The position numbers and the translations under genes were made by a program. This document shows positions 48,386 to 57,602 of a DNA stretch of 64,000 nt, one piece after another. A model generated the notes under the pieces. It did no database searches. It was not told the origin of the DNA and saw only the letters and a list, made by a program, of their open reading frames with translations. Each line of letters begins with the position of its first letter. Position 1 is the first letter of the stretch. This DNA is from Polaromonas sp. (GTDB lineage: Bacteria; Pseudomonadota; Gammaproteobacteria; Burkholderiales; Burkholderiaceae_C), in contig JAYTPK010000168.1 of NCBI GenBank assembly GCA_043747295.1, positions 9,121-73,120 of the forward strand. Reading direction: 5' to 3'.

Positions 48386-48694
48386 ATGAACTGTCCAATT
48401 TGCGCCAACACCGCCCTAATGATGACGAACCGACAAAATGTAGAGATTGACTATTGCCCGCAATGCCGTGGGGTATGGCTAGACCGAGGCGAGCTAGACA
48501 AGCTGATGGAGCTAGCGGTGGCCCAAGCCAATGTGGCCCCTGTGGCGCAAGCTGCCCCGGCAGGCTCTGTGCGCAGCCCAGCCACGATGCACAGCAATTA
48601 CAGCGACCGAGATTTTGAAGACTCTGACTACCGCGTAGCTGGCAACCAATATGGACGACGCAAAAAATCTTGGTTAAACGAGATTTTTGACTAG
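48386..48694 (+). CDS. TFIIB-type zinc-ribbon protein
   Basis: MNCPICANTALMMTNRQNVEIDYCPQCRGVWLDRGELDKL is the zf-TFIIB pattern (CxxC...CxxC). Confidence 0.8.
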   Translation: MNCPICANTALMMTNRQNVEIDYCPQCRGVWLDRGELDKLMELAVAQANVAPVAQAAPAGSVRSPATMHSNYSDRDFEDSDYRVAGNQYGRRKKSWLNEIFD

Positions 48695-48734
48695 ACTTGC
48701 ATTAGCAATCTAGCAATGCAGGCGTGCCGAGCAA

Positions 48735-48764
48735 TTAGTTGATCAGCACTTAGTTGATCAGCAC
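48735..48764. repeat. perfect 15-nt tandem duplication spanning a lipoprotein gene stop codon
   Basis: TTAGTTGATCAGCAC occurs twice, giving VLIN* VLIN* on the minus strand. Confidence 0.9.
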
Positions 48765-49247
48765 GATATTGATCTGCGCCTCTTGGCGGCGATCTTGCAG
48801 CGATGTGAGTATGAAAGACACCACCACAGGGCCAGCCGACGGGCCTTGGGCAAGGGTGTTGGCGGCATAGCGTGCGTTGTTAACTACGGCAGGCGATATG
48901 CTTACACCGTTGTAGAAAATAGCGGTGCCCACTGGGGCATCCACAATACGGCCACCCGCCACCACGGTCCAAGCTACTGGGCCAGATGCCGTAAGTTCAA
49001 AGTTGTTACCTACCGGAATATCTACATCTTGCTCCAGGCCCGGCAATAAATTAACGCCAGGAATAGCGTTGCCGTTCACACGCAGCGTCATGCTAAAGGC
49101 TGCAGGCTGCACCACAATCACAGGCGGTGGCTGCACCACCACGTCGCCAACAATTTCACCTTCTATGTAGCCGCCCCCGCCGCAACCGGCCAACACTGCG
49201 CTAGCGCAGATTAGCAAAGCGCCTACAATTTTAGTAACTACTTTCAT
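48750..49247 (-). CDS. lipoprotein, unknown function
   Basis: MKVVTKIVGALLICASAVLAGCGGGG has a signal peptide and LAGC lipobox. ATG at 49247 follows GGGAGA. Confidence 0.65.
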   Translation of the reverse strand: MKVVTKIVGALLICASAVLAGCGGGGYIEGEIVGDVVVQPPPVIVVQPAAFSMTLRVNGNAIPGVNLLPGLEQDVDIPVGNNFELTASGPVAWTVVAGGRIVDAPVGTAIFYNGVSISPAVVNNARYAANTLAQGPSAGPVVVSFILTSLQDRRQEAQINIVLIN

Positions 49248-49435
49248 AGCATGGCTCTCCCGTAAAATAACTGTACCTAGGCAGTTGACATACAACCGCC
49301 ATGACAGGTATTCAGCAACAACGCAGCGCAGCTAGCCGGCGTTGACTGCATGCCTGGCATGCCTACATGCTAGGCACTGTATTTACACTCCCTTTACATA
49401 TCGGTTCAGCCCGTATTTTTAACCTCAGCGCCTTT

Positions 49436-50149
49436 ATGTCTGCACACGAATACTCTCCCGGATTAGTTATTCAAAACTTTACTGCGCCATTGCAGTTAGC
49501 CCACTTTAAGTTGGCAGCATTTGATATGGACTCCACGCTGATTAACATCGAGTGCGTTGACGAGATAGCCGATGCAGCGGGTCGTAAAGCAGAAGTTGCG
49601 GCCATCACCGAGGCGGCCATGCGCGGCGAGATTACCGACTACAAAGACAGCCTGCGCCGCCGTGTAGCGCTGCTTAAAGGCGTTCCTGTTAGTGCGATGG
49701 AGCAGGTATACACGCAGCGCTTGCAGCTTAACCCTGGCGCACAGGTGTTGACGCAAGCTTTTAAAGCTGCGGGCATGAAGCTGCTTTTAGTGTCGGGTGG
49801 TTTCACGTTTTTTACGGATCGTATTCGTGATCGATTGCAGATCGACTGGGCGCGCTCTAACGTGCTGGAGATAGCCGATGGCCTACTGACAGGCCGCATG
49901 GTAGACCAGCCTTGGGGTGATATTTGTGACGGCGAACAAAAGCGCCTGACGCTGCTTCAGACATGCGCTGCCATGGGCATTGATGCATCGCAAACCATCG
50001 CAGTGGGTGATGGCGCAAACGATTTGCCCATGATGGGTGCGGCAGGTTTGTCAGTAGCCTTTCACGCTAAACCTGCAGTGCGTGCCAAAGCGATGGTGTC
50101 TATCAACACGGGTGGTTTAGACCGTGTTTTAGGGCTATTTACCAGCTAA
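49436..50149 (+). CDS. serB: phosphoserine phosphatase
   Basis: HAD motifs FDMDSTLI, LVSGGF and GDGANDLPM. ATG at 49436 within ORF 49367..50149. Confidence 0.88.
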   Translation: MSAHEYSPGLVIQNFTAPLQLAHFKLAAFDMDSTLINIECVDEIADAAGRKAEVAAITEAAMRGEITDYKDSLRRRVALLKGVPVSAMEQVYTQRLQLNPGAQVLTQAFKAAGMKLLLVSGGFTFFTDRIRDRLQIDWARSNVLEIADGLLTGRMVDQPWGDICDGEQKRLTLLQTCAAMGIDASQTIAVGDGANDLPMMGAAGLSVAFHAKPAVRAKAMVSINTGGLDRVLGLFTS

Positions 50150-50200
50150 ATCAGCCTGTAGTCCAAGTATTTATTACTTATATAGCTATTAAATTGATAG
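50140..50200 (+). repeat. dispersed repeat family, copy 10 (overlaps the serB stop)
   Basis: CCAGCTAAATCAGCCTGTAGTCCAAGTATTTATTACTTATATAGCTATTAAATTGATAG. Confidence 0.85.
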
Positions 50201-50207
50201 TGAAGCA

Positions 50208-51068
50208 TTACAAACCTAGCAACCTTACCGCGTTGCCTTTCAATATTCCCGGCATCACTTCAGGCTTAAACCCAGCTTCTTCAAAGTCTTTCATCCAACG
50301 CTCAGGCGTGATCAGCGGGAAGTCGCTGCCGAACAGCACCCGGTCTTTAAGCAGCGTGTTGGCGTAGTGCACCAGTTGCTTAGGAAAATACTTGGGGCTC
50401 CAGCCGCTCAGGTCAATCCACACATTGGGCTTGTGCGTTGCTACCGATAAAGCCTCGTCTTGCCACGGAAAACTCGGGTGCGCCATCACAATTTGCATGT
50501 CTGGAAAGCTAATCGCTACGTCGTCCAAATGCATGGGGTTGCTGTACTCTAGCCGCAGCCCACCACCACAGCGCATGCCGCTGCCAATGCCGCTGTGTCC
50601 AGTGTGAAAAATCGCTGGCAGTTTGTAGGCGTTGATCACCTCGTAGATCGGCCAAGCCATTTTGTCGTAGGGATGGTAGCCCTGTACAGTGGGGTGAAAC
50701 TTAAAGCCCTTCACGCCCTCTTGCGTAATCAAGCGCTCAGCCTCGCGTGCGCCTAGCTTGCCTTTGTGCGGGTCAATGCTGCCAAAGGCCATCATCATGT
50801 CGCTGTTCTCGCGCGCGGCCTGGGCTATTTCTTCGTTGGGTATGCGGCGACGGCCCATCTGCGCTTCGGCATCGACGGTAAACATCACTAGGCCGATTTT
50901 GCGTTCGCGATAATAGGCAATCGTCTCGGCAATGGTCGGGCGGCGGGCGTTTTTAAAGTACTTGTCGGCTGCGCGGTCATATTCTTCGCCATAGGCATCA
51001 AAAGGGTTCCAGCAGCTCACCTCGGCGTGGGTGTGGATGTCGATAGCGATCAGGTCTTGGTGGTTCAT
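50208..51068 (-). CDS. amidohydrolase family protein (amidohydrolase_2 / ACMSD-like)
   Basis: IAIDIHTHAE metal-binding start. FHTGHSG and MAHPSFPW are typical of amidohydrolase_2. Confidence 0.8.
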   Translation of the reverse strand: MNHQDLIAIDIHTHAEVSCWNPFDAYGEEYDRAADKYFKNARRPTIAETIAYYRERKIGLVMFTVDAEAQMGRRRIPNEEIAQAARENSDMMMAFGSIDPHKGKLGAREAERLITQEGVKGFKFHPTVQGYHPYDKMAWPIYEVINAYKLPAIFHTGHSGIGSGMRCGGGLRLEYSNPMHLDDVAISFPDMQIVMAHPSFPWQDEALSVATHKPNVWIDLSGWSPKYFPKQLVHYANTLLKDRVLFGSDFPLITPERWMKDFEEAGFKPEVMPGILKGNAVRLLGL

Positions 51069-51157
51069 GGCAGCAGGCGTTTAATAAAGCTAAAAAGTAT
51101 TGCGTAACAAATCTTCAGGTTCAGGGGTAACTACGGATGAGCATTTGCTAAGTTTCG

Positions 51158-51169
51158 ACTAAATTTAGT
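51158..51169. promoter_or_regulatory. perfect 12-bp palindrome in a divergent promoter region (candidate MarR operator)
   Basis: ACTAAATTTAGT lies between the amidohydrolase (-) and crotonase (+) genes. Confidence 0.3.
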
Positions 51170-51204
51170 TATTCAATATAACCTATATCAGTGATTTTCG
51201 CCAC

Positions 51205-51999
51205 ATGACTTTACCCACTACCGAAGCTAACACCCAAGATATTTCTGTCGACCAACAAGGCGCTGTCGCCATCATCACGCTGCGCCGTGCGCAAAAGCGC
51301 AATGCATTGAACGACGCGCTGGTGCTAGGCCTAGAGTACGCCTTTACGCACCTTGCTGCAGGTACACGCGCAGCAGTGATTGTGGGCGATGGCGACCATT
51401 TTTGTGCAGGCCTGGATTTAAGCGAGCTGCAAGAGCGCGGCACTATCGAAGGGCTGCACCACTCACGCATGTGGCACCGCGCTTTTAACGCCATAGAAAA
51501 AGGCTCAGTGCCTGTCGTAGCTGCACTGCACGGCGCAGTGGTAGGCGGCGGTATGGAGCTGGCCAGCAGCTGCCATATTCGCGTGGCCGATGAGACAGCG
51601 TTCTTTGCTTTTCCAGAGGGTACGCGCGGTATTTTTGTAGGTGGCGGCGGTTCAGTGCGCGCACCTAAGCTGATTGGCGAACACCGCATGCTGGACATGA
51701 TGCTGACTGGCCGTGTGTACAAAGCTGCTGAGGCTGTGCCCGTGGGCTTTGCGCAATATCTGGTGCCCACTGGCACTGCCAAGGCCAAAGCGATTGAATT
51801 GGCGCAAAAAATTGCCACCAACGCGCCTATGACCAACTACGCCCTGATGCACGCCCTGCCGCGCATTGCCGAGCAAACGGCAGACCACGGTTTTTTTACT
51901 GAGGCACTAATGGCGTCGATCACCGAGACTGCGCCTGAGGCGCAGCAACGTGTGAAGGACTTTTTAGAAGGCCGCGCGGCTAAGGTAAAGGCGGGTTAA
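51205..51999 (+). CDS. enoyl-CoA hydratase/isomerase (crotonase) family protein
   Basis: RRAQKRNAL, FCAGLDL and GAVVGGGMELASSCHIRVA are crotonase-fold motifs. Confidence 0.88.
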   Translation: MTLPTTEANTQDISVDQQGAVAIITLRRAQKRNALNDALVLGLEYAFTHLAAGTRAAVIVGDGDHFCAGLDLSELQERGTIEGLHHSRMWHRAFNAIEKGSVPVVAALHGAVVGGGMELASSCHIRVADETAFFAFPEGTRGIFVGGGGSVRAPKLIGEHRMLDMMLTGRVYKAAEAVPVGFAQYLVPTGTAKAKAIELAQKIATNAPMTNYALMHALPRIAEQTADHGFFTEALMASITETAPEAQQRVKDFLEGRAAKVKAG

Positions 52000-52011
52000 G
52001 ACGGGTTAAGG
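51992..52011. repeat. 10-nt tandem duplication spanning the crotonase stop codon
   Basis: CGGGTTAAGA followed by CGGGTTAAGG. The first unit holds TAA at 51997-99. Confidence 0.6.
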
Positions 52012-52046
52012 CAAAGCTTATCTAAGGGCGAAGAACTGATACCGGA

Positions 52047-52087
52047 CGCGAAGGGCGCGAAGGTTGCGAAGGTTGCGCGAAGGACGC
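52047..52087. repeat. GC-rich GCGAAGGTTGCG motif block related to the arms of the grpE-dnaK palindrome
   Basis: CGCGAAGGGCGCGAAGGTTGCGAAGGTTGCGCGAAGGACGC compared with the arm AGAGGGCGCAAAGGTTGCGCAAAGAGCGC at 60737-60767. Confidence 0.5.
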
Positions 52088-52107
52088 TAAAGGAATACCA
52101 AATTTTT

Positions 52108-53964
52108 ATGAGTGACATACCTGTTTATCGCGACTTTACTTTTGGCGTGACTCGCGCAGTGAAAACTGAGCGCGGAGGAAACACTTATTTGTCAGCCGAG
52201 CAGGCTTTGCAGGCTTATCCAGAACGCCTCACTGATCGCCTGCAGCACTGGGCGCACACCGCGCCTGAGCGCACTTGGATGGCGCGGCGCGATAGCACGG
52301 GCGTTTGGGTAAAAATCAGTTATGCCCAAGCTTGGGACAAAGCGCAGCGCATAGGCCAAGCCCTGCTTAATCGCGGGTTGGGCGTCGATAAACCCGTGGC
52401 CATCTTGAGCGAAAACAGCCTAGAACATGCCCTGTTGGCCATTGGCTGCATGACCGTGGGCGTGCCGTATTGCAGCGTATCCACTGCCTACAGCTTAATG
52501 AGCCAAGACTATGAAAAGCTGCGCCATGTACTGAGCACCATCACCCCGGGTTTGGTGTACGCCAGCGATTGGGCGCGCTACGGCAAAGCTATTGACGCTG
52601 TGCTGGGTGCTGACGTGGAAGTTGCTACAAATACCATAGCTACCCGAGCAATAAATACGTGGACTACCACCCTATTTGATGCACTTTTAAGCACAAATAC
52701 CACGCCCGCAGTCGCAGAGGCCATGCAGGCCACTGGCGGCGACACGATAGTGAAGTTTTTGTTCACCAGCGGCTCTACCAAGCTGCCCAAAGGCGTGGTC
52801 AACACCCAGCGCATGATTTGCGCTAACCAGCAGCAGATGGCGCAGTCCAAACCCAGCGTGTTTGACATTCCGCCCGTGCTGGTGGACTGGCCGCCCTGGA
52901 ACCACACCTTCGGCGGCAACCATGATTTCAACCTCGTGCTGTTCCATGGCGGCACGCTGTACATCAACGACGGCAAGCCCACGCCAGCTTTGATTGGCGA
53001 GACCATTCGCAACCTCACCGAGATTGCGCCCACGGTGTATTACGACGTACCGATTGGCTTTGAATATCTCGCCAACGCGATGAAGACTAACGCCGCGCTA
53101 CGTAAAAATTTACTCTCCAACCTGCGCATGTTTTTCTACGCGGGCGCAGCGCTGGCGCAGCCTATTTGGGACTCGCTGTATGAAACCCAAGAAAAAGAGC
53201 TGGGCTACCGCATTCCCATGACCACTGGCCTGGGCATGACCGAGAGCGCGCCGTTTGGCTTGTTTGTTACCAACACGCAAGTCAAGGCGGGCGACCTGGG
53301 CCTGCCCACGCCGGGCCTGGAGCTCAAGCTAGTGCCCAGTGGCGACAAATTGGAGGTGCGCTACCGTGGCCCTAACGTCACGCCCGGCTACTGGAAAAAC
53401 GAAGCCGCAACCCAAGAAAGTTTTGACGAAGAAGGCTTTTTTTGCACTGGCGATGCGGTCAAATGGATTGACGAGGCGGACATTCACCAAGGCCTGAAAT
53501 TTGATGGCCGCATAGCTGAAGACTTTAAGCTGTCCACCGGCACCTTCGTCAGCGTAGGGCCGCTGCGCGCCAAGGTCATTGCCGCTGGTGCGCCGCTGAT
53601 TCAAGATGTGGTGATTACTGGGCTGAATGAAAAAGAAGTCGGCGCGCTGATTATCTTAGCGCTAGGCCCCGCTAAAAAGTTTGCTGGCTTACCTGACAGC
53701 GCCACGATGAAACAAGTGGCTGAGCACGCCTGTATCCAACAAGCCATGGCAAACATGCTGACCACATTAGCCACTACTGCCACAGGTTCATCCAGCCGCA
53801 TTGCCCGCGCGGTGGTACTGACCGAGCCACCCCAGATCGACAAAGGTGAGATCACCGACAAAGGCAGCATCAACCAGCGCGCTGTGCTGACTGCTCGCGC
53901 TGCCTTGGTGCAAGCGCTGTATGCGGATACTGCGCCTCATTTGATCAAGCCTTCCCATGCTTGA
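52108..53964 (+). CDS. AMP-dependent acyl-CoA synthetase (feruloyl-CoA synthase-like)
   Basis: AMP-binding motif FLFTSGSTKLPKGV, plus GLGMTE and GDAVKWID. The overall layout resembles proteins annotated as feruloyl-CoA synthase. Confidence 0.8.
   Translation: MSDIPVYRDFTFGVTRAVKTERGGNTYLSAEQALQAYPERLTDRLQHWAHTAPERTWMARRDSTGVWVKISYAQAWDKAQRIGQALLNRGLGVDKPVAILSENSLEHALLAIGCMTVGVPYCSVSTAYSLMSQDYEKLRHVLSTITPGLVYASDWARYGKAIDAVLGADVEVATNTIATRAINTWTTTLFDALLSTNTTPAVAEAMQATGGDTIVKFLFTSGSTKLPKGVVNTQRMICANQQQMAQSKPSVFDIPPVLVDWPPWNHTFGGNHDFNLVLFHGGTLYINDGKPTPALIGETIRNLTEIAPTVYYDVPIGFEYLANAMKTNAALRKNLLSNLRMFFYAGAALAQPIWDSLYETQEKELGYRIPMTTGLGMTESAPFGLFVTNTQVKAGDLGLPTPGLELKLVPSGDKLEVRYRGPNVTPGYWKNEAATQESFDEEGFFCTGDAVKWIDEADIHQGLKFDGRIAEDFKLSTGTFVSVGPLRAKVIAAGAPLIQDVVITGLNEKEVGALIILALGPAKKFAGLPDSATMKQVAEHACIQQAMANMLTTLATTATGSSSRIARAVVLTEPPQIDKGEITDKGSINQRAVLTARAALVQALYADTAPHLIKPSHA
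52625..52692 (-). repeat. dispersed repeat family, copy 11, translated in frame inside the acyl-CoA synthetase gene
   Basis: CTACAAATACCATAGCTACCCGAGCAATAAATACGTGGACTACCACCCTATTTGATGCACTTTTAAGC encodes ATNTIATRAINTWTTTLFDALLS. Confidence 0.65.
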
Positions 53965-54059
53965 GCAACACCATTAACAAATACCACTCGCATCAACCTT
54001 GAGAGCTTTCTTAACACACCGCGTTCCATTGTCATCATCACTTTTACAGGAGACTCGCT

Positions 54060-55043
54060 ATGTCTAATCGCCGTCAATTTATCCAATCCAGCGCCGCTGC
54101 TGCCACGCTGGGCCTGGGCGCACTGCCCACATTCGCACAAACCCGCCCTGAGCTGCTGCGCATCATTGTGGGCTTTCCACCCGGCGGGACGACCGACGCT
54201 TTTGCGCGACGCGTGGGCGAGAAGCTGCGCGGTGTCTATGCCAACAACGTCGTCATCGACAACAAGCCCGGTGCAGGTGGCCAGGTAGGCGTGTTGACCC
54301 TTAAAGCCGCACCAGCTGATGGCGCCACCATGCTGTACACCCCTGCGTCCATGCTCACTATTTACCCGCACTCGTACAGCAAGCTGGGCTACAAACAAGA
54401 CGATGTCGCGCCCATCAGTATCGGCCACTCCACTGACCATGCATTTGCCGTGGGCCCAGCAGTGCCTGAGTCTGTCACCAACATCAAACTATTTATCGAA
54501 TGGGCCAAACAAAACCCCGGCAAAGCCAGCATTGGCAACCCCGGCGCAGGCTCTATGCCGCATTTGCTAGCGGGCCGTTTGGCCAGCATTGCTAATTTCC
54601 AAATTACCAACGTTCCATTTGCAGGGTCTGGCCCAGGTGTACCTCAGGTGTTAGGCGGCCAGATTGCAGGCATGTCGTCTCCACTGGGCGACTGGATGCA
54701 GCACATCAAAACGGGCCGCGCCCGCCTGCTGGCCACCTCGGGGCCAATACGTTCCACTTTCACGCCCGATGTTCCCACCTACAAAGAGCAAGGCTTTGAC
54801 GAGCTGGTAGTACGCGAATGGTTTGGTTTTTTTATGCCAGCAGGCGCCAGCCAAGCTGTCAAAGACCGCGCCTCTACATTGATTCGCGCCGCACTCATCC
54901 AGCCCGACGTGATCGCAGCCATGCAACCCTTAGCAGCACATGTCGAGCCCACCACCATCGCAGAGCACCAGCAGCGACTTAAAGACGACAGCGTGTTGGC
55001 TGGCAAATTGGTGCAGTCACTGGGCTTTAAAGCGGACTCCTAA
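54060..55043 (+). CDS. Bug/TctC family substrate-binding protein (Tat signal)
   Basis: MSNRRQFIQSSAAAATLGLGALPTFAQ twin-arginine signal, and LRIIVGFPPGGTTDAFAR as the Bug hallmark. Confidence 0.88.
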   Translation: MSNRRQFIQSSAAAATLGLGALPTFAQTRPELLRIIVGFPPGGTTDAFARRVGEKLRGVYANNVVIDNKPGAGGQVGVLTLKAAPADGATMLYTPASMLTIYPHSYSKLGYKQDDVAPISIGHSTDHAFAVGPAVPESVTNIKLFIEWAKQNPGKASIGNPGAGSMPHLLAGRLASIANFQITNVPFAGSGPGVPQVLGGQIAGMSSPLGDWMQHIKTGRARLLATSGPIRSTFTPDVPTYKEQGFDELVVREWFGFFMPAGASQAVKDRASTLIRAALIQPDVIAAMQPLAAHVEPTTIAEHQQRLKDDSVLAGKLVQSLGFKADS

Positions 55044-55137
55044 GCCTTCGCGCATGACCACGTGCTTGAGCTCACGCGCATGCGCATGCGCTCTCACAAT
55101 AGCCCGGCTGTAATCACACATAACTTTGGAGACTTCC

Positions 55138-56889
55138 ATGCAGCGACACATCACAAAGACTATCCTTCAAAGCGCTGCATGCATTGCAGGCATAGGTTTG
55201 CTCGCTGCCTGTAGCTCGATGTCCAGCAAGCAGCCTGTGGGTCAGCTCAAACCTGCCACGGGTGCCAGCTTGCAGCGCTGCGGCGAGCTGGCGGGTGGTT
55301 TTCAATTTAATCAAACCCGTATCGACACAGCGCTGCCAGTGGCTGCGGGCATGTCGTCTATGGCTAACCAACCTTTGCCAGCCCATTGCGAAGTCAAAGG
55401 CAAAATGTTTGAGCGCAAAGGCAGCGACGGGCGCGACTACGCCATTGCCTTTGAAATGCGCCTGCCCACCGCCTGGAACGGCCGCTTTTACTACCAAGGC
55501 AATGGTGGGCTAGACGGCAGCGTGCAGCCCGCGCTAGGTGCCCTAGGCGGTGGCCCGCTCACTGGCGCGCTGATGCAAGGCTTTGCAGTCATCAGCTCAG
55601 ACGCTGGCCACACAGGCGCGCAAACGCCCTACTTTGGCCTAGAACCACAAGCCCGGCTGGACTACGGCTACCAGGCCGTGGGCAAGCTCACCCCCATGGC
55701 CAAGGCCATGATTGCCAGCGCCTACGGCAAACAACCCGACCGCTCCTACATTGGCGGCTGCTCTAACGGTGGCCGCCACGCCATGGTGGCCGCTGCGCGG
55801 TACAGCGACCAGTTTGACGGCTACTTGATCGGTGCGCCCGGCTACCGCTTGCCCAACTCGGCTTTAGCGCAAATTTGGGGTGCTCAGCAATGGGCCAAGC
55901 TGGCCACACCCGGTGCCACCGTGAAGCACCCCATGATTCCCAACGCCACATTGGCTGATTTGGCCAGCGCGCTGACTGGACAAGAACGGCAAACCGTGGC
56001 CAACGCCATTCTTGATAAATGCGATGCACTAGACAGCGTGCGAGACGGCATGGTGCAGGCCACCCAGCAATGCCAAAGCACATTTAGCCTGCAGCGCGAC
56101 GTGCCCACCTGCAGCGCAGAACGCACTGGTAGCTGCCTGAGCGCTGCACAAAAAACCACTTTGGCCAGCGTAATGCAAGGCGGAAAAACCAAAGATGGTA
56201 AAACTGACCTTTACAGCAACTTTGCCTTTGACCCAGGCATCGCTGGCAGCAACTGGGCCACTTGGAAGTTTGTCAACTCTTTAGCTCTAGACCCCTTGGC
56301 GCTAGGTGCGGTGTTCAGCGTGCCACCGGGCCGAGTAGACCCGCTAACCGATGATATCGACGCGCGCCTAGCGCTGATGCAAGCTAAAAACAGCACTTAT
56401 GTGGAGTCTGGCTTTGACCACATGATGCCGCCATGGGGCAAAGCCAATAGCATCCGTGACTTGCGCGCACGCGGCGGCAAAATGCTGATGTACCACGGTG
56501 TCAGCGACCCTATCTTCTCCGCCGAGGACACACGCCGCTTCGTGGATAACTTGCAAATGTCGCATGACAACACAGCGGCTGACCACGTACGCTATTTCCC
56601 CGTACCCGGCATGAACCACTGCAGTGGCGGGCCAGCGGCAGACCAGTTTGACGCGCTCACGCCGCTGGTGCAGTGGGTGGAGTATGGCCAAGCCCCGCGC
56701 TCCATCATCGCCAGCGTGCGCGGCGCAGGGGTATTTGGCGGAGCAAACCCCGGCGGCGTCAATCTTGACTTACCTAAAGACTGGGCTGATAACCGCACCC
56801 GCCCCTTGTGCGCCTACCCCACAGTCGCCAAATTTCAAGGCACTGGCAGCACTGAAGACGCTAATAACTTTAAGTGCCAGCAGCCTTGA
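55138..56889 (+). CDS. tannase/feruloyl esterase family lipoprotein
   Basis: LLAACSS lipobox. GCSNGGRH nucleophile motif, FYYQGNGGLDG and C-terminal HCSGGPAADQFD are typical of tannase/feruloyl esterases. Confidence 0.85.
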   Translation: MQRHITKTILQSAACIAGIGLLAACSSMSSKQPVGQLKPATGASLQRCGELAGGFQFNQTRIDTALPVAAGMSSMANQPLPAHCEVKGKMFERKGSDGRDYAIAFEMRLPTAWNGRFYYQGNGGLDGSVQPALGALGGGPLTGALMQGFAVISSDAGHTGAQTPYFGLEPQARLDYGYQAVGKLTPMAKAMIASAYGKQPDRSYIGGCSNGGRHAMVAAARYSDQFDGYLIGAPGYRLPNSALAQIWGAQQWAKLATPGATVKHPMIPNATLADLASALTGQERQTVANAILDKCDALDSVRDGMVQATQQCQSTFSLQRDVPTCSAERTGSCLSAAQKTTLASVMQGGKTKDGKTDLYSNFAFDPGIAGSNWATWKFVNSLALDPLALGAVFSVPPGRVDPLTDDIDARLALMQAKNSTYVESGFDHMMPPWGKANSIRDLRARGGKMLMYHGVSDPIFSAEDTRRFVDNLQMSHDNTAADHVRYFPVPGMNHCSGGPAADQFDALTPLVQWVEYGQAPRSIIASVRGAGVFGGANPGGVNLDLPKDWADNRTRPLCAYPTVAKFQGTGSTEDANNFKCQQP

Positions 56890-56946
56890 GCTAATTTACA
56901 GCTCAGGCAGGTCAATCAACGCAAGCTTGCTGTACATTCTGTCGAT

Positions 56947-57525
56947 ATGCCCTCAGCCCGCGCCAACACGATCAGCAAAAAAGCCCCTGCGCCCAAAGCC
57001 AGCAAAGCGGCTACGGTTCTGGACACGAGGTTTTTAGAAAGCCTGATGGGCTATAACGCCCGGCGCGCTGCCTTGACCATCATTGACATGTTCTTTCAGC
57101 GCATGGCGGTGTATGACTTGCGGCCGGTGGATTTCTCGGTTTTATCGGTAATTGCCCATAACCCCGGCGTCACCTCGCGCCAGCTGTGCCAAACGCTGGG
57201 CATTTTGCCGCCCAATTTTGTGGCCATGCTGGCCAGCTTGCAAAAGCGCGAATTAGTGCAACGCCTGCCACACCCCAGCGACAAGCGCGCTATCGCCCTG
57301 CAATTGAGCCCTACCGGCAAAGCCATGATGCGCAAAGCCGAGCAAACTGTGCAAACATCAGAGCTTGACGCTACAGCCAGTCTGAGCACCGCTGAGCGCG
57401 ACACGCTTATGGCCTTACTGCAAAAAATTTATCTGCATAAATCACCCCCACCTACACCCCAAGTCCCCGCCCAATCTGCTGCACGGACAAGCCCGCGACC
57501 CAAAGCCCGGCCAACCGCGAAGTGA
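56947..57525 (+). CDS. MarR family transcriptional regulator
   Basis: Winged-helix region FSVLSVIAHNPGVTSRQLCQTLGILPPNFVAMLASLQKRELVQR...DKRA. Confidence 0.88.
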   Translation: MPSARANTISKKAPAPKASKAATVLDTRFLESLMGYNARRAALTIIDMFFQRMAVYDLRPVDFSVLSVIAHNPGVTSRQLCQTLGILPPNFVAMLASLQKRELVQRLPHPSDKRAIALQLSPTGKAMMRKAEQTVQTSELDATASLSTAERDTLMALLQKIYLHKSPPPTPQVPAQSAARTSPRPKARPTAK

Positions 57526-57602
57526 GCTCTTTATTGCGCCTCGCTGAGCCCCTTTTTATACGCTCAATAAGCCCCAAAGCTAGGCCCTAAGCGCCCCTGC
57601 GG

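Noticed and set aside
51183-51836. 217-aa ORF antisense to the crotonase gene
   Set aside because: It is a shadow ORF. The plus-strand crotonase motifs are convincing and this reading has none.
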